In this document: positions 21,961 through 34,429 of the stretch, piece after piece | How the letters are laid out: each line of letters starts with the position of its first letter | Position numbering within the stretch: the stretch's first letter is position 1 | Source: Eledone cirrhosa | Lineage: Eukaryota | Assembly (NCBI GenBank): GCA_964016885.1 | Contig: OZ024745.1 | Location: 99,634,001-99,698,000, forward strand | DNA: 64,000 nucleotides | Reading direction: 5' to 3' | Translations under genes and position numbers: made by a program | The notes under the pieces: model-generated | Seen by the model: only the letters and a program-made list of their open reading frames with translations | What the model was told of the DNA's origin: nothing | Databases searched by the model: none

Positions 21961-22389
21961 AAGTGTGGTGGACAGAGACAGTGAGATAATGAAATTCCTT
22001 CTTCTAAATCAGCAAAGAATATAGAGAAAGACAAATGAAATAAGAAATAAAAAAAGGCCCAGACATTGGATGAACTTTAGTGTATATTTTTGTTTAATTT
22101 GAACACATTGTTTGGTTAATAAATTTCTAAGTTTTCTTTTTTCTTTTAAGAGGTGTGTGGGGGGGGGGGGGGGGGGGGCAAGTGACATTTTTTCTACAAA
22201 TATTCCAAGATTATATACCAAGGAGACACAGAGAATGTCAAATAGAGTGACCAATCACATAAAAAATACAAATATAAATGATTCATGTATATACTGCATA
22301 CATTACATATATATATATATATTTTTTTTTTTTTGTCTGCCTCACTCAATGCTAACTGAAATGAATTTAGGCAGTACTTTTATATACAT

Positions 22390-22913
22390 TATATATATAT
22401 ATATGCATACATATACACACACACACATATACATATACACACACACATATACATATATACACACACACACACACATATATACATATATACACACACACAC
22501 ACACATATACATATATATATACACACACACACACACATATATATACACACACACACACATATATATACACACACACACACATATACATATATATACACAC
22601 ACACACATATACATATATATACACACACATATACATATATATACACACACACATATACATATATATATACACATATACATATACATATATATATACACAT
22701 ATACATACATATATACACATATACATACATATACATACATATACACATATATACATATATATACATATACACACATATATATATATATATACATATATAT
22801 ACATATATATACATATATATGACTACTACGGGAGTTTTATATGATAAAAAAATATCAGAAAATATACAAAAATTGAAAAGTATGGATGAAGACTGGAAGT
22901 AGGAGAAAGGGAT

Positions 22914-22967
<54 letters not shown>

Positions 22968-23013
22968 GCGTGTGCGCGTGCGTGCGTGCGTGCGTGTGTG
23001 TCTGTGTGTGTGT
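22390..23013. repeat. Compound (TACA/CA/TA)n microsatellite (22390-22820) followed by (TG)n/(TGCG)n (22916-23013)
   Basis: Direct reading. Confidence 0.95.
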
Positions 23014-23561
23014 GAGTCTAATGGGTAAAACAAATGTTGCTTATTCTGCTTGCTTGCTTTTTTCTTCTTTTTGTGTATCTAGAGTACCACTAGTTGATGC
23101 AAAAGATGGTTATTGTACAAGACAGTCTGCAAAAGCTCTTCCCCCACCCAGCTCTTCCAGTTTTGGTGGGGACAGAGACATAGTTAGAGTTGGGGCTGTT
23201 TAGAGACTTTTAATTGGTTACAAAAGACAGGGAGAAAGGGGAGAGAAGCTAGTTTCCACCTCTTTTCTAAAGTCTGATACATGTGCTACATACACAATCC
23301 CTAAAGAGGGCACTGAAACATTTCTAGTATTAAACTACAGTAGTCTCCAGCAAATAGATCTTTGTGACCTAGTAGCATACATGGGCAGATAGACAGGGAC
23401 TGAAGTAAAGCAGTCGCAAACAAGCATGATGTAGATGTTCATCATCATCATCACCATCATCTCTCTCTCTCTCTCCTCATAGTCCAGTTATTTAATAAAT
23501 ATATTTTACTATCAGACAACCACAATAAATACTACTCGCATAACAACCTTGTGCCTCTGTG

Positions 23562-23617
<56 letters not shown>

Positions 23618-24521
23618 TGTGCAAAGACTTCTAAAATAGATGTTGGAAATACTCTACAAAAATATTGCTCCTTACCAATTTCATATTGGGATGACAGCAG
23701 TATGTTTAATGTCTAAAACAATCTGTTCCATGTCATACTTTATACAGCAAGCCTGCACTACATTATAGCCTGCTGGGCCTTCTTGTGTGGCCTGTGCTGT
23801 GATGTGTTTGGAAATAATATGTACAAGAAAACCAAGGAATCAAAATTGGCAGGAAAAGGAAGAAGACTTTCTATATAGCTGAGTGCAGAATAATAATTCT
23901 TCTTTCAGCTCCCAACACCCTACTATCCAGGGGTCAGAACTGAAAATATAAATATGTAAAACATACATATATTTGGAAGGTGTTTGAGGATTCTACCTTC
24001 ATGACCCTCACAAGGAGGCAAAGAAGAAGAAGAAAAGACATATTTGTAAATATATTGCACTAAAATTTCTGGACTTTCTGTATGCAGGAATGATGTATTC
24101 TTATGTCCAGACATAGTTTGGCCACTAGGAATAGGCTAGGAGCGAGTGAATGGACATAGACTGATATAAAAAAAAAATCCCCATTAATAGATATTTATAA
24201 GAAATGACCACCACCACCACCAACAACAATAGTCCTTTTACTACCAAACTAAGCAGCTTCAATTACAAGAGCACTGTTACAGAAACCATGCTAAAACTTG
24301 AGTGTATGTATGATGTGTCCCTTGGCTGGTCTAGGAGGACATTTGCTTTAAGTTCTAACTTAGACTGTAATGATCTGTCCAAACCATGCTAGCATGGAAG
24401 AATGGATGCGAAATGGTAATGATCAATAAGAATTAATAAATTAATTAGTTACAAATATAAGCTGAGGTATTGTGCATATATTTATAGAAGGAAGACACAG
24501 TAGAGGAAGACCACAAAAATC

Positions 24522-24646
24522 ATGGGCGGAGGTGGTGAGAGCTAACCTCAGATTGCTGAAGCTCACGGAGCAGATGACGAAGGACCATGATGAATGGAGA
24601 GATGCTGTGCTGAATAGGACCCGTAAAATGATGATGATGATGATGA
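24522..24646 (+). mobile_element. 5'-truncated RTE LINE 3' end
   Basis: WAEVVRANLRLLKLTEQMTKDHDEWRDAVLNRTR plus (GAT)n tail; matches 44300-44455. Confidence 0.85.
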
Positions 24647-24651
24647 TTTAA

Positions 24652-24868
24652 TCCTTTAGCATTCCATTACTCTATATACATATATATAGATACCATTGTA
24701 TTTTTGTGGTAAAGACTTTATCTTACATAATTATCTCACATAATATGAAATCCACAAGATTTTGATGTTTATTTTGAGAACAATACCTCAACGTCAATAT
24801 GAGTGGCCAGTTACAGCTGGCTTGAACAGAAAGAGGTGAGAAAATTCTGGCCGGATATGGCCGGTTAA
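24652..24868 (-). mobile_element. MITE family M1 (one terminus lost)
   Basis: TTAA|TCCTTTAGCATT... body matches the 16206 copy. Confidence 0.8.
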
Positions 24869-25079
24869 ACCAACGGCAAAAGGCCTATGCTCCTGCTTAA
24901 TAAAATGAAATGTATTGTGGCTGGAAAATTGTACAAGAGACATCTGCAAGAATCTTAGCTAAAGTGAGAAAATAGCAATATTTCTAATTCCCTGAGAGAC
25001 CAAAATATTTAAATTTTGAAGGAAGATTAAATAAACAAAGATCAAAGACATCAAGTTTTGGATGATATGAAAATGTAGT

Positions 25080-25680
25080 GGGGGGGGGGGTATATATGAG
25101 AGGGAGGATGGAGAGTAGGAGAAAGTCAGAAAGTGAGAGAGAGGAGTGGGAGAGTGGGAGAGAGGGGAGTGGGAGAGTGGGAGAGAGGGGAGTGGGAGAG
25201 TGTGAGAGAGGAGAGTGAGAGAGTGAGGGAGGGGAGTGGGAGAGGGAGAGAGAGGAGTGGGAGAGGGAGAGAGAGGAGTGGGAGGGAGGGGAGTGGGAGA
25301 GGGAGAGAGAGGAGTGGGAGAGGGAGAGAGAGGAGTGGGAGAGGGAGAGAGAGAGAGGAGTGGGAGAGCGAGAGACTGGAGTGGGAGAGTAAAGTGGGAG
25401 AGTGAAAGAGATGAGTGGGAGAATGAGAGAGATGAGTGGGAGAGTGAGAGAGAGAGAGAGGAGTGGGAGAGTGAGAGAGAGGAGTGGGAGAGAGAGGAGT
25501 GGGAGAGAGGAGTGGGAGAGACGAGTGGAGAGTGGTGGAGCAGGGTGGAGAATAGTGGAGCAGGGTGGAGAGAGACATGGAGGAGAGAGAGGAGAAAGAG
25601 GAGAGGGTAGAAGGAGAGAGTATGAGGAGAGAGTGGAGAGGAGAAGAAAGAAGAGAAGAGAGAGGAGAGGGGAGAGAGAG
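25080..25680 (+). repeat. Polypurine (GAGTGGGAGA)-type degenerate minisatellite
   Basis: More than 20 GGGAG(A) units with almost no C; source of the S/L/P/H and E/R/G ORFs. Confidence 0.92.
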
Positions 25681-26198
25681 ACTACAATATAGTGACAGAT
25701 CATGAGTAAAGGCCTTTGCCCTTCAAACTAAAAAAAAAACAGCAGCAAAAAAACAAAAGAAACACCTCCCTTCTCATTGCTATAGATTTGGAATGGCTAT
25801 TTCAATGTGTCTACCATGCTATCCCCTATGGTAATGTTTTCTCAATTCTGTCTGATGGAACCATGAGGTGGCCTGTGCCTGAGGTTCTGCATACCAGAGA
25901 CTGTTCTACAACACTGTCATTGGCATAATGATAGAAGCCATAAAGAATAAACAAATTGAAAATGAGGATCTTCAAAGAATGTAACTGAATCGCATAGAAT
26001 AAACTTCTACATGTGTGGCCTTGTTCGTATACTTAATGATTCTAGCAATAATATTTTTCCTCAAATTGAATAATCATTAACCCCTGCTATTACACACACT
26101 CTTATAAGATTGGCTAATTATTGTCTAATACAAGCTACTCACTCCACACAAACTTACTTGCACAACATCACTAATTCCCTCAAACTCTGTGGCATTAA

Positions 26199-26773
26199 AC
26201 CTTTAGCATTTAAACTGGTCAAATCTGGCCACAATTCTCTCACCTCTTTCTGTTCAAACCAGCCCTAACTGGCCAGTCATACCAATGATAAGGTGTACTT
26301 CTCAAAATAAATAACATCAAAATCTCGTAGCTTCGATATTATGCGAGATAAAGCCTTTACTGTGAAAATACAATAAGGACCATGACCTCTGGCGTCATGC
26401 AGTAATACAGAGGACCCGACTTCCCATGGGTACAAGCCGAAGCTGAAGCATATAGACAATACGACCCCACCCCCTCCCAAGTGGTCATGGAGGTGTCACA
26501 ACAAAAAAAGCACCCAGCCCACACTGTAAAGTGGTTGTGTAGGCGCCACGGTAAAAAAAGCACCCAGTACTCACTGTAAATGAGGTTGGTGTTAGGAAGG
26601 GCATCCAGCTGTAGAAATCAAGTCAAAATCAGTTCCTATATAAGCAAGACAAGGTCACCCAACCTGGCATTGCCCACAACAGGACAACCCGTCTAACCCA
26701 TGCTAGCATGGAAGAATGGACGTAAAAGAGTGATGATGATGATGAAATATAGAGTAATGTAAATGCTAAAGGG
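26199..26773 (+). mobile_element. MITE M1 interrupted by an RTE-tailed SINE (~26376-26745)
   Basis: TTAA|ACCTTTAGCATTT ... AAATGCTAAAGGG|TTAA. The insert carries gttaggaagggcatccagc and ggacgtaaaagag(tga)n. Confidence 0.85.
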
Positions 26774-27149
26774 TTAAGTCACGAGTTAACTAGCCAAAGC
26801 TCCACTAATTCTACCCTGACTAGCTTCCACATCACATCTACTTCACCTCTTACCCATCTAAGACAGCTAAACAAATAACCAATACCATCCTTTTGGTATA
26901 TCCCCTCACACCTTCATAACCAAAACTCACAACCCATAACCTTTAAGTGCTTTATATGCAGCTGTGTTATAAAGGAGGAAATTATTCACCATCACCAACT
27001 GGGATATATTCAAACATTCAGTTGAAGAAGAATGGAAAGGGTGTGTCACAATTCTTGAGAAATTGTAAATTGGTAAACTTGCAGTTAGACTATTTTGTAA
27101 GAAGATTAACCCTTCACTACCATAGTTCCAATTACAGACAATGTCTATA

Positions 27150-27665
27150 ACTTTGAAATCATTTTGAAAATAATCTAAAATTTGAAGAGATTTAGTAATA
27201 TAACTAACTTTCTCATTATTAAGCTAATATTTAGGCTATAACTTAACCCTTTAGCATTTACACGGAGGAGATGATGAAGGACCGTGACAGGTGGAGAGAT
27301 GCTGTGCTGAATAGGACCCGTCCCATTCTTGCAAGCAGGGAAAAGCGGACGTAAAATGATGATGATGATGAATACTCTATAATACTATAGTATTTTCACA
27401 ATGTCGAATCTATGAGATTTTGATATTATTTATTTTAAGACAATACCTTAACATAAGTATGAGTGGCTAGTTACGGCTCATTTGAACAGAAAGAGGTGAG
27501 AGAATCTGGCCGGATATGGCCGGTTTAAAAGCTAAAAGGTTAAAAAAGCTTCTTACATAAAATTATGATGACATAATTCATAACTATAAGCACTTTAAAA
27601 CAAAGAGCCTTGTATGGTAAAAAAAAAAACGGGGTTGGAGTCAAGAAGTTTGGTATCGAAAGGGA
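27150..27665. mobile_element. Three-level nest: RTE 3' fragment (27263-27370) inside MITE M1 (27247-27539) inside MITE M2
   Basis: TTAA at 27243 and 27540 flanks M1. M2 body lies on both sides and ends tttggtatcgaaaggg. Confidence 0.8.
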
Positions 27666-28154
27666 TAATCAGTAAAATAATTCATTAGAGTGCGAGATTA
27701 AATGCCTTGGTATTTGTTCTGGCTTTACTTTGTCTTTGATCCTTTAGAAGTCAGTGAATAAAGTACTAGTGCAGGAGGTTGAGGAGCAGAATTGTTAAAG
27801 TGTTGGCCAGGATGCTTTGCAGTATCTGATCTGGCTCTGTGCATTCTGAGTCCAAATCCTTTCTGTCAGAGGTTATGACTGCCAGATAATACCAATAATA
27901 GAAACAATGTATCCATCATCCAATCTGGTGAGTAGCTCCAATCATTTTGTTTAATATTAATTTTCTTTCGTTATAAATGTTTTTGTTCGTGCATAACTAT
28001 CAGCACAAGTTTTCAACAATTCTTCTTCAAATTACTTTAGTAAAACATGTCTTAATATCCTTTGTGTAATATACATACGTACAGTTTAGTGACCATATTT
28101 CTAATGAAATACATTGTCCATGTGTTACAATTAATTTTGTAAAATGCACTTGCT

Positions 28155-28420
28155 GTACAAGCAAGCACAAAAAGTCACCGCAGAGGCATTTAAGGTGTCC
28201 GAAGTTAAGGCATGGGAGGACTTTGGGATTAAGTTGAAATCTGACTTCAGATCAGCAAATAAAGTGTTCTGGCAGACAATTTGTTGACATAAGAAGTCCT
28301 CCACCACACCTGCAATCAGGAACAAGTCTGAGGTTCTCCTCTCTTCAGAGAAGTGTATCTTTGTGAGGTGGAGAAAATACATTGCTGATCTAAACCCAAT
28401 CACAATAGCATCTTCTGAGG
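28155..28420 (+). pseudogene. RTE-clade LINE ORF2 internal fragment (endonuclease-RT linker)
   Basis: Translates ..SEVKAWEDFGIKLKSDFRSANKVFWQTIC*..RNKSEVLLSSEKCIFVRWRKYIADL, the typical RTE AWEEFG..L..DF..ANK.FWQ and RW.EYF..LLN motifs. Confidence 0.75.
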
Positions 28421-28492
28421 TAAAAAAAAAATGTTTTTGTTTCCACTCTGCATGTCTCCTCAATTTTTCTATTTCTTCTTTAATTTCTCCTA

Positions 28493-28528
28493 TCTTCTGA
28501 TGAAGGACTAGCATCTGAAACATTAAGA
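28493..28528 (+). ncRNA. Degenerate minimal hammerhead motif with Penelope-like tail running into (TA/TACA)n
   Basis: TCTT-CTGATGA(28497-503)-aGGActagcaTCT-GAAA(28517-20)-CA-TT-AAGA. Helix III ACAT is plausibly CpG-decayed ACGT. Confidence 0.5.
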
Positions 28529-28685
28529 CTATTTTCCTACTATATCAAGTGTATTTCTTCATTGCCCTGTATCGTTTGCTTTGTTATTTTTGTTTGCCTT
28601 TTGCATACACATATATATACATACATACATATGTACATACATATATACATACATATATACATACATATATACATATGCATGTATG

Positions 28686-28734
<49 letters not shown>

Positions 28735-28738
<4 letters not shown>

Positions 28739-28880
28739 GCGGAGGTGGTGAGAGCGGACCTCAGATCGCTGAAGCTCATGGAGAAGATGACGAAGGACCG
28801 TGACAAGTGGAAGATGCTGTGCTGAATAGGACCCATCCCACCCTTGCAAGCAGGGAAAAGCGGACGTAAAATGATGATGA
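28735..28880 (+). mobile_element. 5'-truncated RTE LINE 3' end inserted at (TA)n
   Basis: [25 protein letters not shown]... plus cccacccttgcaagcagggaaaagcggacgtaaaatgatgatga. Confidence 0.9.
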
Positions 28881-29112
28881 AAGTTATATAATTTGCATTA
28901 AGTTAAAATTCTTCTTCCACAGAGAAAAATATTATAAAACTTGTTTTACAAATAAAGGAAAAACAAGAGGACTAATTCAATTTATATTTACATTAAATAA
29001 ATCTGACACTACATTTAAGAGAGAAAGAATACATTAAATGTTAATGTTGTTAGAGTAATACCAAGCTAAGGAATTTGACCAATAGACATTAGACATTACT
29101 TTAAAATAGAAC

Positions 29113-29615
29113 TGTCAGTATAGTGCCAGCTGCCTCCCACGCTATGCTGCTCTCAACACGTTCATAAACCATGGCTTGCTCACCACAGGCTTTCCTTCTC
29201 AGCTTAAGTTAGTGGGGTTGGACCAAGAGGACAGCAAAATCCAGATGGCATGGCAATCTTCCCATTCCGTAGTGGTAGGCCCCTCATCTGGGATGCTACA
29301 TTTTGTGACACCTTCTCCAGCAGCCACTTGGTGCATTCATCAACTAGTTCAGGGTTTGCTGCTCAACAGGCTGAATAGGGCAAACTGTTGAATCATCACT
29401 TGCTCTCTAATAGCCTTGTGGTTGAGCCTGTTGCAGTGAAGACTTCCAGCTTTCTTGGCCACTGCACCACATACATACTCACTACTATCAGGAGCAGAGT
29501 TGGCTGCTCACAGGAGTGAACCCTGAGAGCTGGAGTGACTGTTCTAGCATGTTTCTCCTCACCATCCTCCAGGCCATTGTCTTCTACATTCTGTCCACTG
29601 GGACATGCCTGTAAA
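29113..29615 (+). pseudogene. CRE-clade non-LTR retrotransposon C-terminus (end of CCHC region plus restriction-like endonuclease), disrupted
   Basis: Translates CQYSASCLPRYAALNTFINHGLLTTGFPSQLKLVGLDQEDSK/PDGMAIFPFRSGRPLIWDATFCDTF...AAQQAE*GK...VEPVAVKTS.., matching the CRE consensus RHAALN..D.KRPDG.T..P...G..L.WDAT..DT..F.P.AVET.G. Confidence 0.85.
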
Positions 29616-30190
29616 TATGACCTGTTCTTTTAGATTCGATAAAAATATACGTGAAACTCACTATCAATAGATAATATGGCCAGCTACAGCAGCAAAAATG
29701 TAATCTAATTAGAAATAGTTTCTTCAATGACAACCTTTAAAATATCAAAAAAGCTATAGAGATGACAGAGAATGTTATGTAGTAGCAGCAAAAACAACTT
29801 GAGAATCCAATGCATGAATAGAAATATCAAATAATAAAGCTTGGGTTTAAGGAAGAAAGAAAAAAGGCCATTAATAATACATATTCTGAAATTAGGTTAC
29901 TATGTAAAAAATTCTATAACAGTAAATGTTTAATACTTAAGACAAACATAGGAGAATTAGTGCAATAACAAATAACAAATCTCTCATTGATGCAGAGAGC
30001 AGCAGCAGCAGCAGTAAACTTCAATGTCCCACTGTTGGTTCAGATTTGCTTTTTAACTCCCTGCAGTCGATAGAACAAGTAGCCTTAATATATTATATTA
30101 TAAAAATGAATAAATATATAAAACAAGTCAATTACTCAGAGATGTTATCAACATGAAAAGCAATAGTTAAGTAAGTGTTAACATATTTAA

Positions 30191-30521
30191 CCTTTCCATT
30201 ACCATATTTCTAATGAAAAACACTGATTATGATTTTCAAATAATTTTGAAAATAACCAAGAATTTAGTGGGGTTTGGTGATATGACTAACTTTCTCATTA
30301 TTAACCCTTTAGCATTTACATTACTTATTATATTTTCATGGTTAAGGCTTTATCTCACAATTATCTCACATAATATGGAATCAATGAGATTTCAATGTAT
30401 AACTTAAAGGTTCTTAAATGAAATTATGATGTAAGGTTTTTAAATAATTATAATCACTTTAAAACATGTAATTTGGTATTGGAGAGCCAGGGTCAGTTTC
30501 AGGCAATTTAGTATCAAAAGG
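30191..30521 (+). mobile_element. MITE M2 with a truncated M1 inserted at TTAA 30301
   Basis: TTAA|CCTTTCCATTACCATATTTCTAATG...AGTATCAAAAGG, with internal TTAA|CCCTTTAGCATTTAC. Confidence 0.75.
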
Positions 30522-30554
30522 ATAAATATAGCGAGTAAAGGAAAAAATTAGCTC

Positions 30555-30690
30555 AATGGCAGCATGGTTAGGATGTTTGCTTTAAAACTATGTTTTCAGA
30601 TTTGATCCCACTGCATGACACCTTGTGCAAATGTCTTATACTATAGCCTTGAGCTGACCAACAACAACTGAGCGAAATTTGGTGTGTGTC
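30555..30690 (+). mobile_element. Old CORE-type SINE family D (other copies ~33455-33630 plus, 57620-57790 minus, 10680-10770 minus)
   Basis: tcccactgca...caccttg.gcaa.tgtct..tactatagc...gacca...gaaatttgg motif shared among copies. Confidence 0.65.
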
Positions 30691-31311
30691 TATTTTCATA
30701 CTGACACTGCTTAAACACTGGTACTTTTTGTTTATGTCCTACACATAATATATAGTTCAAGAGTGACTAGTGAAATGAATGCTAGGGACAGCTGACCATA
30801 AAATATTGTCTCCGTAAATCATTATCATCATCGTTAAACGTCCATTTTTTCACGCTAGCAAGGGTAAAGTCTCATTTAACCCATGTCAGCATGGGAAAGT
30901 GGATAAAAAAAATCATAATGATGATCATTTTGGCAAGTATGGGAGATAACTCTAGACATATTTTGGAAAGCATAGACATCACTGTACTTACCTAAGTAAT
31001 GATGAGAGAATCAGTAAGTAGATATACAATAATGTACATGATTAGACATGAAAAATATACATACAGCAACAACAAACATTTTCTGACCATTTTCCTTGTT
31101 AAAGCAGAGGTTAAGCCTTGTAGGCCCTATTACAGATTTCATGGGGTTCCTTTTGAGGTAATGTTTTATAGTCGGATGCTCTTTCTGGTATCAACTCCTT
31201 TAGTCAGCTCTTATGCAGATATATGACACCTTTTCTAAACCCAATTGAAACAACAGCATGAAAAAAATTAGTAAATTCAATCAATTAGATTTCTGTTGTA
31301 TATTGCATTAA

Positions 31312-31491
31312 CCCTTTAGCATTTACATTACTCTATATTTACTATTATATGTTCATAATATCAAATCTATGAGATTTTGATATTTATTTTGAGAATATCT
31401 TCACATAAGTATGAGCAGCCAATATGGCCAGTTTGATCAGAAAGAGGTGAGAGAATTCTGGCCGGATATGGACAGTTTAGATGTTAAAAGG
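31312..31491 (-). mobile_element. MITE family M1
   Basis: TTAA|CCCTTTAGCATTTAC...ATGTTAAAAGG|TTAA. Confidence 0.85.
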
Positions 31492-31757
31492 TTAAGTTGA
31501 CACTAACATAATATGCTAAATGCTTTATGCTTACTTGTATACAATATTTTGGTATGTTTATAATACTTCCTCAGTGAAGCTGAGGTTTCATCATACTTTT
31601 TCAAACAATGTGAAAATCACTAATTAGATTCCAGGATTGTATACGAATAAGGCATGGCAATATAGCATATATTAAAGGAAAAAAACCCACCATGGTTAAT
31701 TATTCAGATGCACAATACACATTAAAATAATAGTTTTAATATATTTAATTGACTAAT

Positions 31758-31794
<37 letters not shown>

Positions 31795-31831
31795 AAATTA
31801 TATATGCTAATTATTTTTTGTTACTTTCTAG

Positions 31832-31910
31832 AAGCATACACTCTTCAGAGTATAGCCTCTCTGACAGCCACATGAGGCTATTTGAGTGTGTAGGCAATAG
31901 AATCAATCTG
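31832..31910 (+). CDS. Candidate internal exon (..SIHSSEYSLSDSHMRLFECVGNRINL)
   Basis: Branch GCTAAT, acceptor ttattttttgttactttctAG and donor CTG|GTAAGT. One of three frames is open. Could also be a non-coding exon. Confidence 0.4.
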
Positions 31911-32139
31911 GTAAGTAATCAATTTCCATGTTCACGCAATGCGGAATTTGAACTCAGAACATAAAGAACTGGAACAGATATCCCAAAGTATCGCATCCAA
32001 CACTCTGGTATCTCTGCCAATCCAATTTCCTGGGCTGCTGGTATTTTATCGACCCCAAAAGGATAAATGGCAAAGTAGACCATGGCAAAATTTCAACTTT
32101 GAACACAGACAGCCGAAACAAATGCCGTAAAAAATTTAC

Positions 32140-32285
32140 CAAATTTTTTCTTAAAATAAGTCTCAAAAATCTACCAAGTGTCCTGGAGGCCGAAGGTTGT
32201 TTATTTGTTTTTTCTTCAAATTTTTGGTTGTCAAAATTAGGGTGCGCCCTTGAGGACGAAGCGTCTTCGGCGCCATGAAATACGG
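32140..32285. mobile_element. End of a Tc1/mariner-pogo-type MITE inserted in a degraded minus-strand SINE B
   Basis: ...GCGTCTTCGGCGCCATGAAATACGG|TA (reverse complement TA|CCGTATTTC, a pogo-type terminus). CpG-rich relative to its flanks; SINE sequence resumes after 32288. Confidence 0.6.
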
Positions 32286-34429
32286 TAATCTGAAGCTCTA
32301 GCAACCTTTGCCAACATGCCTACATATGTACAAAACGCTTTGCAGTGTTTAGCTAGGTTGATTCATGCTTCCAATGCTGGTAAAATAAGTAACAGACAAG
32401 TACTGGCCTTGTGCCTATGCATAACTAATTAGTGGTTCTCTCATCACTATTTCAGTGTGTATAGTGAAGTCTATGCTTAGTTAGGAGATGTAATAAAACC
32501 AAAAGATGGCCCAACTTGTCTCTCATACTTACCAAAATTATTTTTTAAATATTAGTCATTGAGCAAATAATGTATTTTCATCACAGGATAAAATATTTTA
32601 AATTAGATTTTTGATGTTCACTGCATTAAATACGTTAACATTAATTAAAGGTTACTCTTTTGTTAAGTGTTCGGAATCCTCAGCCGCATAAACCTTGTAA
32701 AATAGAAGTAGTGGACAGAGGCAACATCTGGTAGAACCCTCTCTAGTAGCAGTGTCATGGTAAAATGCACTAAAACTCTGTAATGTTAAAGACACAATAA
32801 AATGTACACAGTTGATGCTGTGTGGAGATTGGTGATGAGAGGGATATCCATTTGTAGAAAGCATGCCAAAGGAACAATATATGCTGAGCTGGTTGGTTTG
32901 TCTCTGTTGCTGTTTAAGCCAGATATGACAAAAGACCATGCCACATTGTGAGAGACATTCAACTCATGCCAGCATGGAAAAACTGACATAAACTGACGAT
33001 AATGAGTCCCAAAGTTGTTTATGCTTTTATCCCTTGAGATAATTGGCCTTGTGTTTAAGAAATTATACTTAGTATTAGCAAGAATTACTTTAATTACTTC
33101 TCATTTAGCTACTAATCTTTTATAATGCAACCACCCTTAACTTTTTCTTAAACCTTCTCAATGGCTGAATGAACAATTAATAGCATTAGAGTAAAATGCT
33201 GTGCAAATCACTAAAGATAGTTAAGTGGGTGCTAGCATATTTGGGGATAGTGTGTTAAGAAATTTTAATTAAATCAACACTTAGTGATAGAAACAATCAT
33301 TATCTAAATGACTAATTCCACTCAAAACAGACAAGGGAGACAATCCCCAAATTTTAATTAAAATTAATTATATATGGAATGCAGTGGGAAGTGATTCTGA
33401 TCTAATTAAGATATATCAGTATATTCAGCTGCTTAGATATTAACAATTACACATAGGAAACATGTATGGTTGTGTGATTAAGGAGTTTGCTCTGCAACCA
33501 CCTGATTTGGGGTTCACTCTCACTGCATAGCACTTTAGGCAGGTGTCTACTACTATAGCTTTGGGTTAACCAATGCCTTATGAGTGAAATTTGGTAAATG
33601 GAAACTGCAGAAGCCTGTCATATATGGTATGTGTGTGTGCCATAACAGTTCAACAAAAAGATATCAATAAAATAATTACTAGACTTGAAAAAAAAAGGTA
33701 CTGGTGTTAATATTATCAATGTTAAGATGGTGCCCCAGTCTAATGAATGAAACCAGTAAAAGAATATATATGTACAACTACAATTTAAAAACTTTACATT
33801 AAAATATAAACAAAGCATTCTGTTATTCTCTTTGCAAACAGAAAAAATAAGAAATTGCATTCATGTTTCATGACTATTTGACCATTCATAAAAAGACAAG
33901 TACCTTTATCCTTCTACCCACAAAGAGAGCTATAGTCAAATGCTATTTATATCAAACATAAACTAGGGTATATCTGCAATGGTCAGTCTAATTTTTACAA
34001 TGTTTATACATTGGTAGTATAATTAATTAAATGAGAATTATTTATGTACAACAGAACATCACAAGGAACATGATACAGAACTGAGTGAACTGGCTATATG
34101 CCTTAGAATAAAAGACTTGTATATCCATACTAGCACTGTAATACTAAAAGTAAATGTGATGAGAAACTGGTGACTATATAGAGTCTGATAAGACTTTTCT
34201 ATCTGGTTGATTATTTAACAATCTCTTTAGTAGTGTTGTTGCTGCAATAAAATGCAACCAGTTCACACTATAAGGTGGGTGTCAGGGAGAGCATCCAGCC
34301 ATAGAAACTATGCCAAATGTAGAAGGTAGAAAGAAGTGATCACTGACTTGTCTGGTTGCAAACTGTGACAACCCATCCAACCCATGCTAACATGGGTTGG
34401 AAAGTGGACATATAAATGATAATGATTAA

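Noticed and set aside
24984-25703. 239-aa Ser/Leu/Pro-rich and Glu/Arg/Gly-rich ORFs
   Set aside because: Products of a polypurine minisatellite, with no splice or homology support.
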